A stretch of DNA of 64,000 bases, taken from the NCBI GenBank assembly GCA_002633005.1, contig NMRA01000360.1, positions 313,065 through 377,064 of the forward strand, written 5' to 3'. A model generated the notes under the pieces. The model did not search any database. It saw only the letters and a list, made by a program, of their open reading frames with translations, and was not told the DNA's origin. A program made the position numbers and the translations under genes. Shown here piece by piece: positions 1 through 31,881 of the stretch (the first letter of the stretch is position 1; every line of letters begins with the position of its first letter). The stretch is from Phoronis australis (Eukaryota > Animalia > Phoronida).

Positions 1-1007
1 TCTGTTCCTGTCTACTTTTGGAACAACGGATGATATTACACGAACCATTCTTTGTTGTTTTGTGAATTAATTTGTTACGTAAGGAACAGGTGGACACGTA
101 TAAAACGTAAAGTATTTAAATCAAAAGCTAGTTTCGTGACGAGGCAGGCTTATGCCAGCTTTAAAAATGTGAGTTGAATATGATGTATATGGTGGTCGTC
201 CATCTGTTTATTACTGCTGCCAGCATCCTTGTGTTTTCAATGTGCCTTCTGTTAGTAGTTACTTGATAATCGTGTTTATATAATCGATCGACATTGGCCC
301 CGTTCACACGGCTCTGGCGCGTTTTCAATAAAGTTTCTGTTCACCCGTATAGTTTTCGAAACATTTCCCTCCACAACTATCGTTTTGTTTTCAAAAAGTT
401 CTCGATTATGCTAATACAACCAAAAACGCTTTTTTTTTGTTCCGTCTATTTGAATTCTATAATACCGGCGATCGTGACAGCGTTTTCGTAAAGTTTTGGT
501 TGTGGACGTATCAGAAAGTAAAAGATAAGTTATCAAAAAATTAAGCACTAGTTAGCGTCTTCAAAGGTATTCCTTTTTGGTTGCTGAATTCAGTGGAAAG
601 ATGTAACCAAGCAGTATTTGTTTTCTAGAGTTACGGACCTTTTTGATTTTCAAATCAGTAGATAGTGCGAATAGCTACCGTATCACTAAAGAAAACGTTG
701 GGTTTTCAAATGAAAACTTGGTTGTGTAGACGGGGCCTTACGTCATCAATCAGAACCTTTTTGGAGACAGCCTGGTAATTTGTTTCTTGTATCTTAGTCT
801 TGACTACTTGTGATTCAGGGAATTTAAAAATTTGGTTATGATTAATTCTATGTATCGTTATGTATCTTTGTGCTTGACGTTCAAAGTTCAACAACCGTTG
901 CCTTTTAATTTGCGTTAGTTTCCTAAGACATTTCGAAGGCCTAACTTCTGATTGGATCTTTGTCGCGGGGTTGAATTCATTCAGCTCGTCTGGGCAGCTT
1001 TCTGTAG

Positions 1008-1038
1008 ACCCAAGGATCTCGCGGAAACGCAAGATGAC
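1008..1038 (+). CDS. Possible penultimate micro-exon of the CaaX gene (xPKDLAETQDD) with GC-AG donor
   Basis: Acceptor ctgtag at 1007, donor GCAAGT at 1039; phase-0 join to the 1233 exon; PKDLA resembles the ankyrin-repeat TPxDLA motif. Confidence 0.35.
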
Positions 1039-1232
1039 GCAAGTCTTCGTCTGATATCGCTATGCGTTACAAGCGAAGCCTGCATTGACTTCGATTTACA
1101 GGACGCAGCCCGTTCTATGATGTACTATGATTTGTAGAAATTGATTAAATTAAACTGTTGACTATCGTGTAAACGTATGAAATGAGAGATTACTGATTTC
1201 AGCTACATTCACATTTCATACGTGTATTTTAG

Positions 1233-1340
1233 GTTTTGCAAGCTCAGAAAAAAGCAGCAGCAAAAAACGGAACACCAGCAAAAGTCACCAACTCAAAAGG
1301 TGTCGAAAAGGAAGGAAGTCGAGCTTGCGTGATACAGTGA
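1233..1340 (+). CDS. Terminal coding exon of an unidentified upstream gene; ends in CaaX prenylation box (VLQAQKKAAAKNGTPAKVTNSKGVEKEGSRACVIQ*)
   Basis: Acceptor tattttag at 1232, open frame of 35 codons ending C-V-I-Q-TGA, Lys-rich linker, followed by AT-rich UTR-like sequence and AATAAA at 3245. Confidence 0.65.
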   Translation, partial: VLQAQKKAAAKNGTPAKVTNSKGVEKEGSRACVIQ

Positions 1341-3244
1341 ATTTACACATTATCACGTTCGCCCCAGTCGCGTGCACCAGATAAATGTAGTAAGCACGTA
1401 CACGACACCGTGCTGTTTCTTGAAGGGTGTCTGGGTGCAGATGCTTAGTATTGTGATCTGGCTGTTTGATGGAAATCTGTACAAAATGCTTGTTTCCCTT
1501 TGAATGCCAAAGATACTTGGGATTTTAAGCTCTTTATGTATTTGAGAGGAATTGTCAAATTTTTGGATATGGCGAAAGAGGTCGAAATGGTCAAGTACAA
1601 TATCGGAATGAATTTGAAATGCCTTGTATCCCAGATATAGGCACTTGAAATTCAGAGTGGAATAGCTGTCCAGTTATGCAACAGAATATAATTATATAAT
1701 GTAGACCTGATTTTCATTGAGAGACAATATTGTCAACATAGAATGTAACTGCTAACTTTATAATCCGGTAGCTGCTGTTATGTGGCGAGTAGCCTGGGTG
1801 TGTGACAGTTTCAGCTCCCCCCGCCCCCATAGTGAGCACCCTGTATTAAGTTCGCCCATTGGCAAGGTCTGCCGTCAGCCAAGCTCCGCATTTTCGGTGA
1901 CTGGGGCCTGTGTTCTTGAGCATGGACAAAGGTCCTCTAATCTCACAAATTCAATTCAAGGGCAGGCCAGGGCGGCTTGATAGTGATTCTGTTCCACTGA
2001 CCTCGATGCAACTCCATGACGAACAGTCCTGCTTTGGCAGTGGCCACTGTCTCTGCCATTGTCCATACTGTTAGATATTCGTATGTCCCGTGTTGATTCC
2101 GTCGTGAGGAATGAACTTATGTAATCAAAATTGTAATTAGTCCATTGATCTTTTGTTCGATGTCATTCACATTTTGGAGCAGGTTTTCCATTATTCTTGT
2201 CACGGTGTATTGTACTGTTTGCTCAATTTTTAGTATCTGATTTTCGTCCGTGAAGAGGTTCAACTAAAACAATCGTGTTGTGTATATTTTCAGTCACCAT
2301 ATCCGGGTGCGATAAAATCAGAATAAATCATTAAGTTTTGGTTCGCCGTCGCTTTGTTAGTTTGGTACTGGATCGGCTAAAAGCTCTCCTCAGCCACAGC
2401 ATCTGGTCTTGGGTTCTGTTGCGCGCTTCGATGTTTAGCTTGATCAGAGTCTATTCCATGCGATGGCTGAGGTGAGCCACTGCCTATTTGCAGTGTCTCA
2501 ACTATCGTGTTTTTCCATCCAACAAAATGCAATTTCGTCGTGTTCTTAATTTATAGAAAATATGACACTTAAGGTAATTTTTGTCATTATATCGTTAAAA
2601 ATTCGATCCTTACCAATGGTAAGTCTCCGAGTATTGCGTAAGTTGCCCTTTTTACATTTAATAGCTGAAAAGCTGATGCGCGTACATCACCGAGTGGAAA
2701 TGTGCTGAAAGTGTCCGTTGGTGTTATGACATTGCTCTCAAGTTGTTTATTAGTCAAATTTCAACAGTAATGGGAGTTCGTTATACTGCTTGGCACCATT
2801 TCATGAAGCTGTGTTAGTCTCACTTAGACGAAAATTACAGTGCTGTCATTCCATCACATGTCACGTTCCGCTTGTTGAACAAAGCTGCTGACGTCATGCC
2901 AACAATCAACTTCAAGCTGAAACTTTCATGAAACGGAGCCCGAGAGTTTTATTGTTATTTGGTTTGCGCCAATTATAAGATACATTCCCAATATGAAATG
3001 GCTGTTGCCCATGACTGGTTTTTACTACTCTTGAAAAACTATTTTTATGTAAAAATGTTGCTTCTGTATACTGTATTGGTCTGTCTATGTACATGTAATA
3101 ACCTGTTGATTTGTCATACGGTATGTTACTGTCATATATATATATATATTTCCTATACAGACAATTGTGATATGAAAAACTTTTTTTGATTTTGAACATT
3201 CCTTGCTAATCAATTAATGTCAATCCGTCCTTTGATGTATTCAG

Positions 3245-3250
3245 AATAAA
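3245..3250 (+). terminator. Candidate polyadenylation signal of upstream CaaX gene
   Basis: AATAAA at the end of an AU/TGTA-rich UTR-like stretch, followed by T-rich sequence. Confidence 0.35.
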
Positions 3251-3322
3251 GTTTTATATTTTTAAGTAATAACAATAGAGTTGAATTTTATATGATATAT
3301 TATTTGTTAGCCATGCTCGTAC

Positions 3323-3393
3323 CTCGCTGGTTCCCTGCGTGCTCAGCCCAGCCAGCTACCGCCCCACCTAGCTGCTCGCAAGGAACCAGCGAG
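3323..3393. repeat. Short (about 70 bp) palindromic element; related copies at about 4861-4925 and 6559-6630
   Basis: Arms CTCGCTGGTTCCCTGCG ... CGCAAGGAACCAGCGAG; the copies share the internal CCACCTAG. Confidence 0.6.
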
Positions 3394-3571
3394 TGCTCGT
3401 ACATGCTACATTACAATACATACCAGAAACACGTGTAAAGTGAGCTGTGGAGCACGTGCCTGTTTTATCAAAGGTGTAAAGCCCAACGCAGACCGGGAGC
3501 CACAAGCTGAACTGTGTCTCATTGAAATTTACCTCACCGTTACCAGCACACAGCGAGGCAAAATGGTGACT

Positions 3572-6500
3572 GACAAATAAACAGCTTTCGCAATAAAGAG
3601 CGTAAATATAGTGTACACAGAGTGGAGACCCATGGTATTTGCCACTCCATAAATCCGACACAGTCGATTAATAAAGAGGGGAGGACAATAAGATTTCAAA
3701 TTCATCGAAAAAACTAATTGTTCCTGCAAAGCACAGCAGTATTAAGACATTCGACTCAAACAATCAAAAATACAATAGGATAGACCGCCATCGAAAGGTT
3801 TGAAGTTTGAAGACCACTGCGAATTACACAAAAGGAGTATTTCCAATGGTTTTGTAACGATTATATTTCAATAGGTTTTCGCATAAGTACTGTTTGTATG
3901 AAACTCGCGCATGTCGAACAGACCCGGAACCTCGCCCTTTTAAAATATAACTTCAAACCATAACCCTAATAAAAATGAACTTCCCCAAACTGGATCAGCC
4001 CAGAGGGATGTAGGTGCGAGCAGAGCTGCCCGTTTCAGCTGATTTGACCAGCGGCTAAGGTAGCCTACGTTCATCCAGTTCTTTTTTTCACATCTTCAGC
4101 TGACGTGAGCTGTTGGCCCACAGCTGTTGTTCAGTTGAAGCACACAGTCGTCCTCCCAGTTATCTGTCTGCACCAGCCCTAAGGCATCATTCTCGCTCTT
4201 CGTGAATTTTTATCGGAACATGGTAACCTAAGTCCTGATGGCTGCCTCCCCGGGGTTTGCCGCCCCCGCGTGGGTAGTTGCTTACATTCGTTTGTTTCGG
4301 CGTTGTTTCTTGCTATAGAGTAGGGCTTAGGATAGAATTTTTATTTAGCACAAGTGAACGAAATAAGTGTCGGACTCTGACTGTTATCACAGAAAGCTTC
4401 TTCCGAACAAATTTCATCTGCATTTTTTGGAATATTTTGCAGTCTAATGAACCCCGTTGTTGATAACAAAGCACAAGTTTGCAACATTACTTTCACAACT
4501 AACGCTATTGAGTGCGATTTGGGCGGCAAATGGCATTGTGTAAAACAAAAATGCATAGGACATTTTTAATGATTTTAATTTTCAGTGACAAATAACTCAA
4601 GTTGCGAAAACTGACCACTAATTTCTCCCATAAACAAATACCCAAAATTTGCAACTTTTAATTTCACACCTAGCTGTGTTTACAAGCAGGTTAGCAGGTT
4701 AGCTGAGATGCAAAAAATAAGATAGAGAATCAAGAAATGGTGTTTTAGTGTCTTCATAGGTTCGTGTTTGTAAATTTCTTTATTCCAAAATCATGGCTCA
4801 GCTTGATCTCAGGAACGTACGGCTGCAGCAAGGTGGCGCAACCTGTCACACTGCACAGCATCGCTGATTCCCTACGTGCCCAGCCAGCACGTTGACTACC
4901 GACCACCTAGTGGCACGCAGTGAGACTGCAAGGCGACCTCTTTATCTAAACATCAAACACCACTTTCCGAACCTCCTCCAGATGTGGAGATCTGTGTTCC
5001 CTGGTTCCCGCGCTCACGTTTGAATATATTTTTTTCGAGATATTCTTATTTAAAATGCATCCCATGATTTTGAGGCACCTTGTACTTTGGCTAATTAATC
5101 ATTAAAAACAAAAAACCTTTGGCAATTGATTCCATCACTTGCTCTCCCCTACCGGGCGGTCGATTCGGAGCAGACAATGAAGAATGATACCAGCCCCCCT
5201 CTCCCCCCTCAAAACGAGACAAAAGTTCACTAAAAAGACAGAAACTACCAAAATTCNGACAAATAAACAGCTTTCGCAATAAAGAGCATAAATATAGTGT
5301 ACACAGAGTGGAGACCCATGGTATTTGCCACTCCATAAATCCGACACAGTCGATTAATAAAGAGGGAGGACAATAAGATTGCAAATTCATCGAAAAAACT
5401 AATTGTTCCTGCAAAGCACAGCAGTATCAAGACATTCGACTCAAAGAATCAAAAATACAATAGGATAGACCGCCATCGAAAGTTTTGAAGTTTGAAGACC
5501 ACTGCGAATTACACAAAAGGAGTATTTCGGATGGTTTTGTAACGATTATATTTCTATAGTTTTCGCATAAGTATTGTTTGTATGAAACTCGCGCATGTCG
5601 AACAGCCCCGGAACCTCGCCCTTTTAAAATATAACTTCAAACCATAACCCTAATAAAAATGAACTTCCCCAAACTGGATCAGCCCAGAGGGATGCAGGTG
5701 CGAGCAGAGCTGCCCGATTCAGCTGATCTGACCAGCGGCTAAGGTAGCCTACGTTCAGCCAGTTCTTTTTTCACACCTTCAGCTGACGTGAGCTGTCGGC
5801 GCACAGCTGTTGTTCAGTTGAAGCAGACAGTCTTCTTCCCAGTTATCTGTCTGCACCAGCCCTAAGGCCTCATTCTCGCTCTTCGTGAATTTTTATCGGA
5901 ACATGGTAACCTAAGTCCTGATGGCTGCCTCCCCGGGGTTTGCCCCCACCCCCCGCCCCCGCGTGGGTAGTTGCTTACATTCGTTTGTTTCGACGTTGTT
6001 TCTTGCTATAGAGTAGGGCTTAGGATAGAATTTTTATTTAGCACAAATGAACGAAATAAGTGTCGGACTCTTGACTGTTATCACAGAAAGCTTCTTCTGA
6101 ACAAATTTCATCTGCATTTTTTTAGAATATTTTGCAGCCTAATGAACCCCGCTGTTGATAACAAAGGAACAAGTTTGCAACATTACTTTCACAACTAACG
6201 CTACTGAGTGCGATTTGGGCGGCAAATGGCATTGTGTAAAACAAAAATGCATAGGACATTTTTAATGATTTTAAGCATTTTAATTTTCAGTGACAAATAG
6301 CTCAAGTTGCGAAAACTGACCACTAATTTCTTCCACAAACAAATACCCAAAATTTGCAACTTTTAATTTCACACCTAGCTGTGTTTACCAGCAGGTTAGC
6401 TAAGATGCAAAAAATAAGATGAGAGAATCAAGAAATGGTGTTTTAGTGTCTTGATAGGTTCATGTTTGTAAATTTCTTTATTCAAAAATCATGGCTCAGC

Positions 6501-7008
6501 TTGATATCAGGAACATACGTCTGCAGCAAGGTGGCGCAACCTGTCACACTGCACAGCATCGCTGATTCCCTACTTGCCTAGCCAGCGCGTTGACTACCGA
6601 CCACCTAGTGGCACGCAGGGAACCAGCGAGACTGCAAGGCGACCTCTTTATGTAAACATCAAACACCACTTCCCGAACCTCCTCCAGATGTGGAGATCTG
6701 TGTTCCCTGGTTCCCGCGCTCGCGTTTGAATATATTTTTTTCGAGATATTCTTATTTAAAATGCATCCCATGATTTTGAGGCACCTTGTACTTAGGCTAA
6801 TTAATCATTAAAAACAAAAAACCTTTGGCAATTGATTCCATCACTTGCTCTCCCCTTCCGGGCGGTCGATTCGAAGCGGCCCCGCCTAAGATCAATATCA
6901 GAGAAAAAAAAACAGTTAAGAGCAGACAATGAAGAATGATACCAGCCCCCCTCTCCCCCCTCAAAACGAGACAAAAGTTCACTAAAAAGACAGAAACTAC
7001 CAAAATTC
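3572..7008. repeat. 1.7-kb direct duplication (3572-5256 vs 5258-7008) across a single N; probable unmerged haplotypes
   Basis: Both copies begin GACAAATAAACAGCTTTCGC and end ACCAAAATTC; they differ by SNPs and indels; the junction is the n at 5257. Confidence 0.85.
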
Positions 7009-8536
7009 GGCGAATGCACAGTTCATAGCTTTGAACGTACCCCGTGAATCATAGTAAAAGCTCCACATTCTCAAAAATTTGAGTCATCATATTTTAGGCT
7101 GAGTGCGGGCATGAATCTAGCAAGTTGTCTATTCTTTCCAAAAATATTCCTCTGTGGTGTAGTCTGTTATAAAATGGTCGCAAAAGCATAGATGACAAAG
7201 CGACCCCAATCTTTGATGGTGTATGTGATATTTTGCGAGAATCAAAATAAAATTTGTTGATGAATAGATATCACTGGTTCCAAAAGGAACACTAGGTTCA
7301 TAATTTTTTCACCATTGTTATTGAAATTAAGTTTATAGAAACACCTTCCTAGACAATTCAGAATACAGAAATAAATGTGTCAACGTTTCTGGGCTTGTTT
7401 TCAAAATGTAAAACAGAAAGCTTTTACCTCTTTGATGATATAAATTTGCACATAATATTCTATGAACTAGTCAAAACTGAAACTATAAGTGCTTAATATC
7501 AGGAGACATATTAAATGCATTTAAGCACATCGTTTTTCAACCCATATCAAATTTATTACCCATCTCAGAGGCCCATTTGTCATGTGCTAGCTGTTTTATC
7601 CTTATCATATTATATATAAACAAAAGTTGTTGAACAATCAACAAAAATAGCTGTCATTTTCATAATCGGTTTTGTTATGTCTATTGGTCGTCAGCTTTAT
7701 TGTTGCGCTGTGTACGATCGTCAAAGATACGAAGAGCTCGAGCGAATGTCGTGAACATTGCTGTGCGTTTGCAGCAAATGTTTAATTGTTTATGGGATGA
7801 TGTCAAATTATTCATATAACGAATAAATATACCGTTCTTAGTTTTTGTTATCTGCTGCAACTTTTCCGGATTATGTGGTAAGCGTAGCTTAACACTGAAA
7901 TTATAATTTTTTCTCAGGAAGATACTATGGATTTTCCAAGTCTATAAAAAGTTGTTATTATAGGTTTAAAGGAAAACGTTTTATAAAATATCACATAATC
8001 CAAAAAATCCACCATTATCCATTGTACCACAAACAAATCTTACTCCTTTACCATTCCACGATTTTAACAACGACTTTTTGTTCGTTCTACCAGAATGACA
8101 GACCTGATGAATTAGATTTCCGAAGTCCACCGATTTTCCCTCTGTCAAATTGACAAATTCTTTTTAGGACGGAAAAGGTTTCCATCCAGAACTTAAATTT
8201 GAAACAGATAACACCACTGAGTCTCCGAGATACCACTCCGAGACTCCACAAAATTCCTTTTTTCTAAAAATAATGTTTTAGTTCAACTGTCCAAGTAAGT
8301 TTTGCATACTACTCTACGTATCCACACCGCAAGTTTCAGCACTGCTTTTGTGTAAGAAGCCAACTGGACAATTCCACATCCGCCACGGTCATAATTCTGA
8401 ATCACATTTTTTTCTGGATATTGTATGATTTTTCTGACCCCAAATGAATTTTAAAACGATTATGTCTAGTTTCGCTTGGAAAGATCGTGGAGATGGGGGT
8501 GTGCGTGGAAAGCGGTTAAGTTTTGGTAATGGAATA

Positions 8537-8664
8537 CATGCGCGCACCCAGCCTAATTTATGGGGGCCAGGCTCGAATTTTATGGTGTGAAAAAATCAGC
8601 GAGGACTAAAAAAGATAAACGGGGCCACTAGGTTCAGGCCTACGGATCTCTTGGTGCGCCCATG
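8537..8664. mobile_element. Small hAT-like MITE; related fragments at about 37127-37240 and 43737
   Basis: Imperfect TIRs CATGCGCGCACC / GGTGCGCCCATG; flanks ggaata / tgaata. Confidence 0.45.
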
Positions 8665-8799
8665 TGAATAGTTTTCAATTTCTCATCATTTTTGTTCCAA
8701 TCCGGGGGGGGGGGGTGTACGAGACCCCTCCTCTTTCTACAGCCTTGCCTGCGATCAGAGTGCACGAAACTAGTGACATCTTCTGCACGCTTGTGAAAC

Positions 8800-8896
8800 T
8801 AAACAGGAAATTTGTTTGAGCATGCGCGGAACTGCGATGTGACGTCATCGTATTTCTTTCTCGGAGAAGATTGTGTGTTACAGACTTAAGTAGAAA
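8800..8896 (+). promoter_or_regulatory. Rab2 proximal promoter / 5' UTR
   Basis: CpG-containing stretch just upstream of the ATG with ETS-like CAGGAAAT, NRF1-like GCATGCGC (8820-8827) and full CRE TGACGTCA (8840-8847). Confidence 0.55.
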
Positions 8897-28257
<19,361 letters not shown>

Positions 28258-30521
28258 TGACAGTGGCAATGACGTCATCAAAGGACTATGAACATTTTAT
28301 GTTGGCATATTTTTTGTTGTTTATCTCGATATGGTTACGGAAGACGAAAAAGAAGGTGGGGAATTTTAACGCGAGATATTTTAGCTGTCGGATAAGTCTA
28401 GGTCATGCAAGTAACCCTCTAGTCAAACTATCGACCCGCTGTTGCTCAGTGGTGATTCGTTTGCACACCTTGACGCCCATTGACTTCAGTTGCAGACTTA
28501 ACATTGTTATTGCTCTTTATCAGGTATTTTGTTCATGCGTAGCATTACAGGTCTCACACCTGGTGGGTTGATATTTTGACGAGTTCATAGGTACATACGA
28601 AATGAAAGTAGTTTGCATTTTAGATACCATCCAAAACCTTGGTCGTTTCACATTCTGCAGTCTTTGGACATTCTGTTTTACTGTTGGATTTGACATGTTC
28701 TGTTTAAGATTCATTTTTTGTTCAAATGACATTTCTATTTTTCAATGTGGTTTTTGTTAATCCTCTGGCTTAAGATGGGTCTCAGATTCTATGTAAATGC
28801 TTTCACCATTTGTATCAACCTATGAAAGTTGTACTCTGTGGCTTCCCATAACAATCGCGTTGTTCCAAAAACGTTATACTTCATGAAGGTCAGAGTCAGC
28901 TCTTCTAATTCCATCGTCAGATGCGTTTGTACAAACTGCATGTTGTACCCTTAACATGATTTATATCAAAAACATGTACTTCATTACTGAGAGCAATAGT
29001 TATCTTTGAATGCTTCTACTGACTATAAAACTGGATCTTACCAAAGCATGATAATCACTATAAGGTGCAAAGTACCAAACTTGCAAGTACCTAAGTTTGA
29101 TGTGATCACCATTCTGAACTATCGGCTGTTAGGTTAGAAGTGTGTCAGGGGATTTATCGAGTGAGAATCTACATTGTTACAGTCGATGTCTTTGAATGTC
29201 CATTGTTAGGTTCTCATCAGGCTTTGTAGTAGTGTTTTGAATAGTGATTGGCACAATTTGTTGGAGTTGGCAATATATTTGGTGTGATTGAGGGAAATCT
29301 GGTGTTGGATATTAGGTGTTCGTGGTGTTTAATTATTGTTAATATTATTACTATTATCCATTGTATTGTAACTTTTGTGTATTTATCTGCTGTTTATTTG
29401 TTTTATGTGAGGAAACCTGTTGTACAAATATTGCTTAGGATTTTATTGATGATTAATGATTTGTATAGGCTAGTATTAATTGTAGTGTAGTAGGAAAGTC
29501 TTTTGCTTAGCTAACAAACTTGCCTGGAGATCTCTTGACGGTGAAACCACTGCAGTGACAGAACTAATCGGCCATGACTGAAACATTATGGACCTAGTTG
29601 GAAACAATAGCAGTTATGTTATTCTCTAGCCTAATCCAAGTAAGGAGCGAGTTTAGATCAGTTTAATTAGTAAGTACCCGTGATCAAAAGTTATTTTTGA
29701 ACAGATGTCGGTCTATTGTCCATTTACTTTCATAATTGTGACTAGCGCTACACACACTTTATGAGCCAAAATGGCCTGACTTAAAAAAAGAGAATTGTAT
29801 CATAATCTGTGTTTTGCTTGCCATTTTCCAGTGTTGAAAGATTCTTCATTTTTGTACTGCTACAGAGGTGGCTATGTATAGGCTGGCTGAAAGAACGAAC
29901 CCACAAAATGTTGCGTGTATGAAATTCCAATTCTTTTGGGAAGAACAAAATTCAATACAAACTGGCTCCTGTTTTTAAAACTTTGTGGAAAGACCAGCAA
30001 CATTAAAACGTTGCTTTCTGTCAAAAGAACAAGTTTTGATTTTGGCCACTAATTGTTTGAAGGGTCTTGTTCCTTTCTCCTTGTATGAAGCGTCTTGTTT
30101 CTTTCTCCTTGTATGAAGGGTCTTGTTTCTTTCTCCCTTTAGAAGTGACGAACTGACAGCCCATTACTTTTTCTATGCAAGCTCATAACCAGAAATGTTA
30201 TAAGCTTGGTCTGTAGAAATAGATAACTGTCAATTCTTTTCTAGTCCAGAAGTCACGTGTGTTTTGTCTGAGGAACAATTTGGGGCCAATTTCATAACTG
30301 TAAGTGGCTTACATCAAAACTTGGGTTTAATATCTGGTTAAGTTAACAAAAGTTGGGAAAAGAAGCAGGTTAATATAGAATTAATGGGTTCATGTTTGAG
30401 TCATTCTGCACTCTTGTTAGTTTGTTGCTCATGTTGCTTAATTGGACGTTGTCAGTTTTCTTACATTTCATTTCTCTCTGCAGCTTTTTCATCTTTTATG
30501 GTAGATTTCTTGTCAGAAGAA

Positions 30522-30527
30522 AATAAA
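30522..30527 (+). terminator. Candidate distal polyadenylation signal for Rab2
   Basis: AATAAA about 2.26 kb after the stop, followed by GT-rich sequence; no transcript evidence. Confidence 0.3.
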
Positions 30528-30640
30528 ATTGTCTGTCGGTGTCACATTAAAATTTGTGAAAAAATTTTGACAATTCGTTTTTATGTACAGGCAGGCTTAG
30601 TCACGCTCCCATACACAGGCATAATTGGATGCATGTTGCT

Positions 30641-31881
30641 GGCAGCTATATTCAGTCTCTGCTACTGCATCTCTCAAACCGTTGCAGGTTCTTCGTGAAA
30701 TTTGGCAGGTGTGTTTCATGATGACTGATGACAACTTTCGAACCAATTCTGTGCCACATAGTGGCAGTTTTAGGTCTTTGTATTTGCCTAAAAATCTACG
30801 TCCTATTGGTGAGAGAAATGACTTAGTGCAACTTGAGGGTTGCTGCAACAAAACAAACGAAGTCGATGCTTTCCAAGATAGTCTTCTGTTCTGCGCTCCA
30901 CGCAAGATGACGAAGCGGCGAGTAATGTAACAGAACACTGCGGAGTGTTCTGTAGCTGTATCCCGGCGAGAAAATCTATCCAAAATCACGTGCTCTCGTT
31001 TGAAATACACAATAATATCTCGCGTAATCTCGCGAAGTCATGCTTTTCTAGCAAGGTCCCAGCGTTACTCAACTCTACTCTGGACTACCAGTCGGTCGCA
31101 CTGACGCTTTTTGCGAGTTGTATTTCTTTTCTCATCAACCACTGTTCAATTCTTTCTAACTCGATTATTTTCTCATTAACTGCTTTGAAAAGATGCTAAT
31201 AGCAATAGAATTATTTTCTTAGGTACCACATTGCAGGGCTGTGGGAAGCGGGGGGGGGGGGGAAAGGNGGCAGCTATATTCAGTCTCTGCTACTGCATCT
31301 CTCAAACCGTTGCAGGTTCTTCGTGAAATTTGGCAGGTGTGTTTCATGATGACTGATGACAACTTTCGAACCAATTCTGTGCCACATAGTGGCAGTTTTA
31401 GGTCTTTGTATTTGCTTAAAAATCTACGTCCTATTGGTGAGAGAAATGACTTAGTGCAACTTGAGGGTTGCTGCAACAAAACAAACGAAGTCGATGCTTT
31501 CCAAGATAGTCTTCTGTTCTGCGCTCCACGCAAGATGACGAAGCGGCGAGTAATGTAACGGAACACTGCGGAGTGTTCTGTAGCTGTATCCCGGCGAGAA
31601 AATATATCCAAAATCACGTGCTCTCGTTTGAAATACACAATAATATCTCGCGTAATCTCGCGAAGTCATGCTTTTCTAGCAAGGTCCCAGCGTTACTCAA
31701 CTCTTCTCTGGACTACCAGTCGGTCGCACTGACGCTTTTTGCGAGTTGTAATTCTTTTCTCATCAACCACTGTTCAATTCTTTCTAACTCGATTATTTTC
31801 TCATTAACTGCTTTGAAAAGATGCTAATAGCAATAGAATTATTTTCTTAGGTACCACATTGCAGGGCTGTGGGAAGCGGGG
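30641..31881. repeat. About 0.6-kb direct duplication (30641-31254 vs 31269-31881) across the N at 31268; probable haplotype duplication
   Basis: Near-identical copies offset by 628 bp with a few SNPs; the first copy runs into a G-run and n. Confidence 0.85.

Noticed and set aside
30597-31638. Pair of 137/139-aa minus-strand ORFs as duplicated genes
   Set aside because: The copies are a probable haplotype artefact, the starts are non-ATG and there is no recognisable domain
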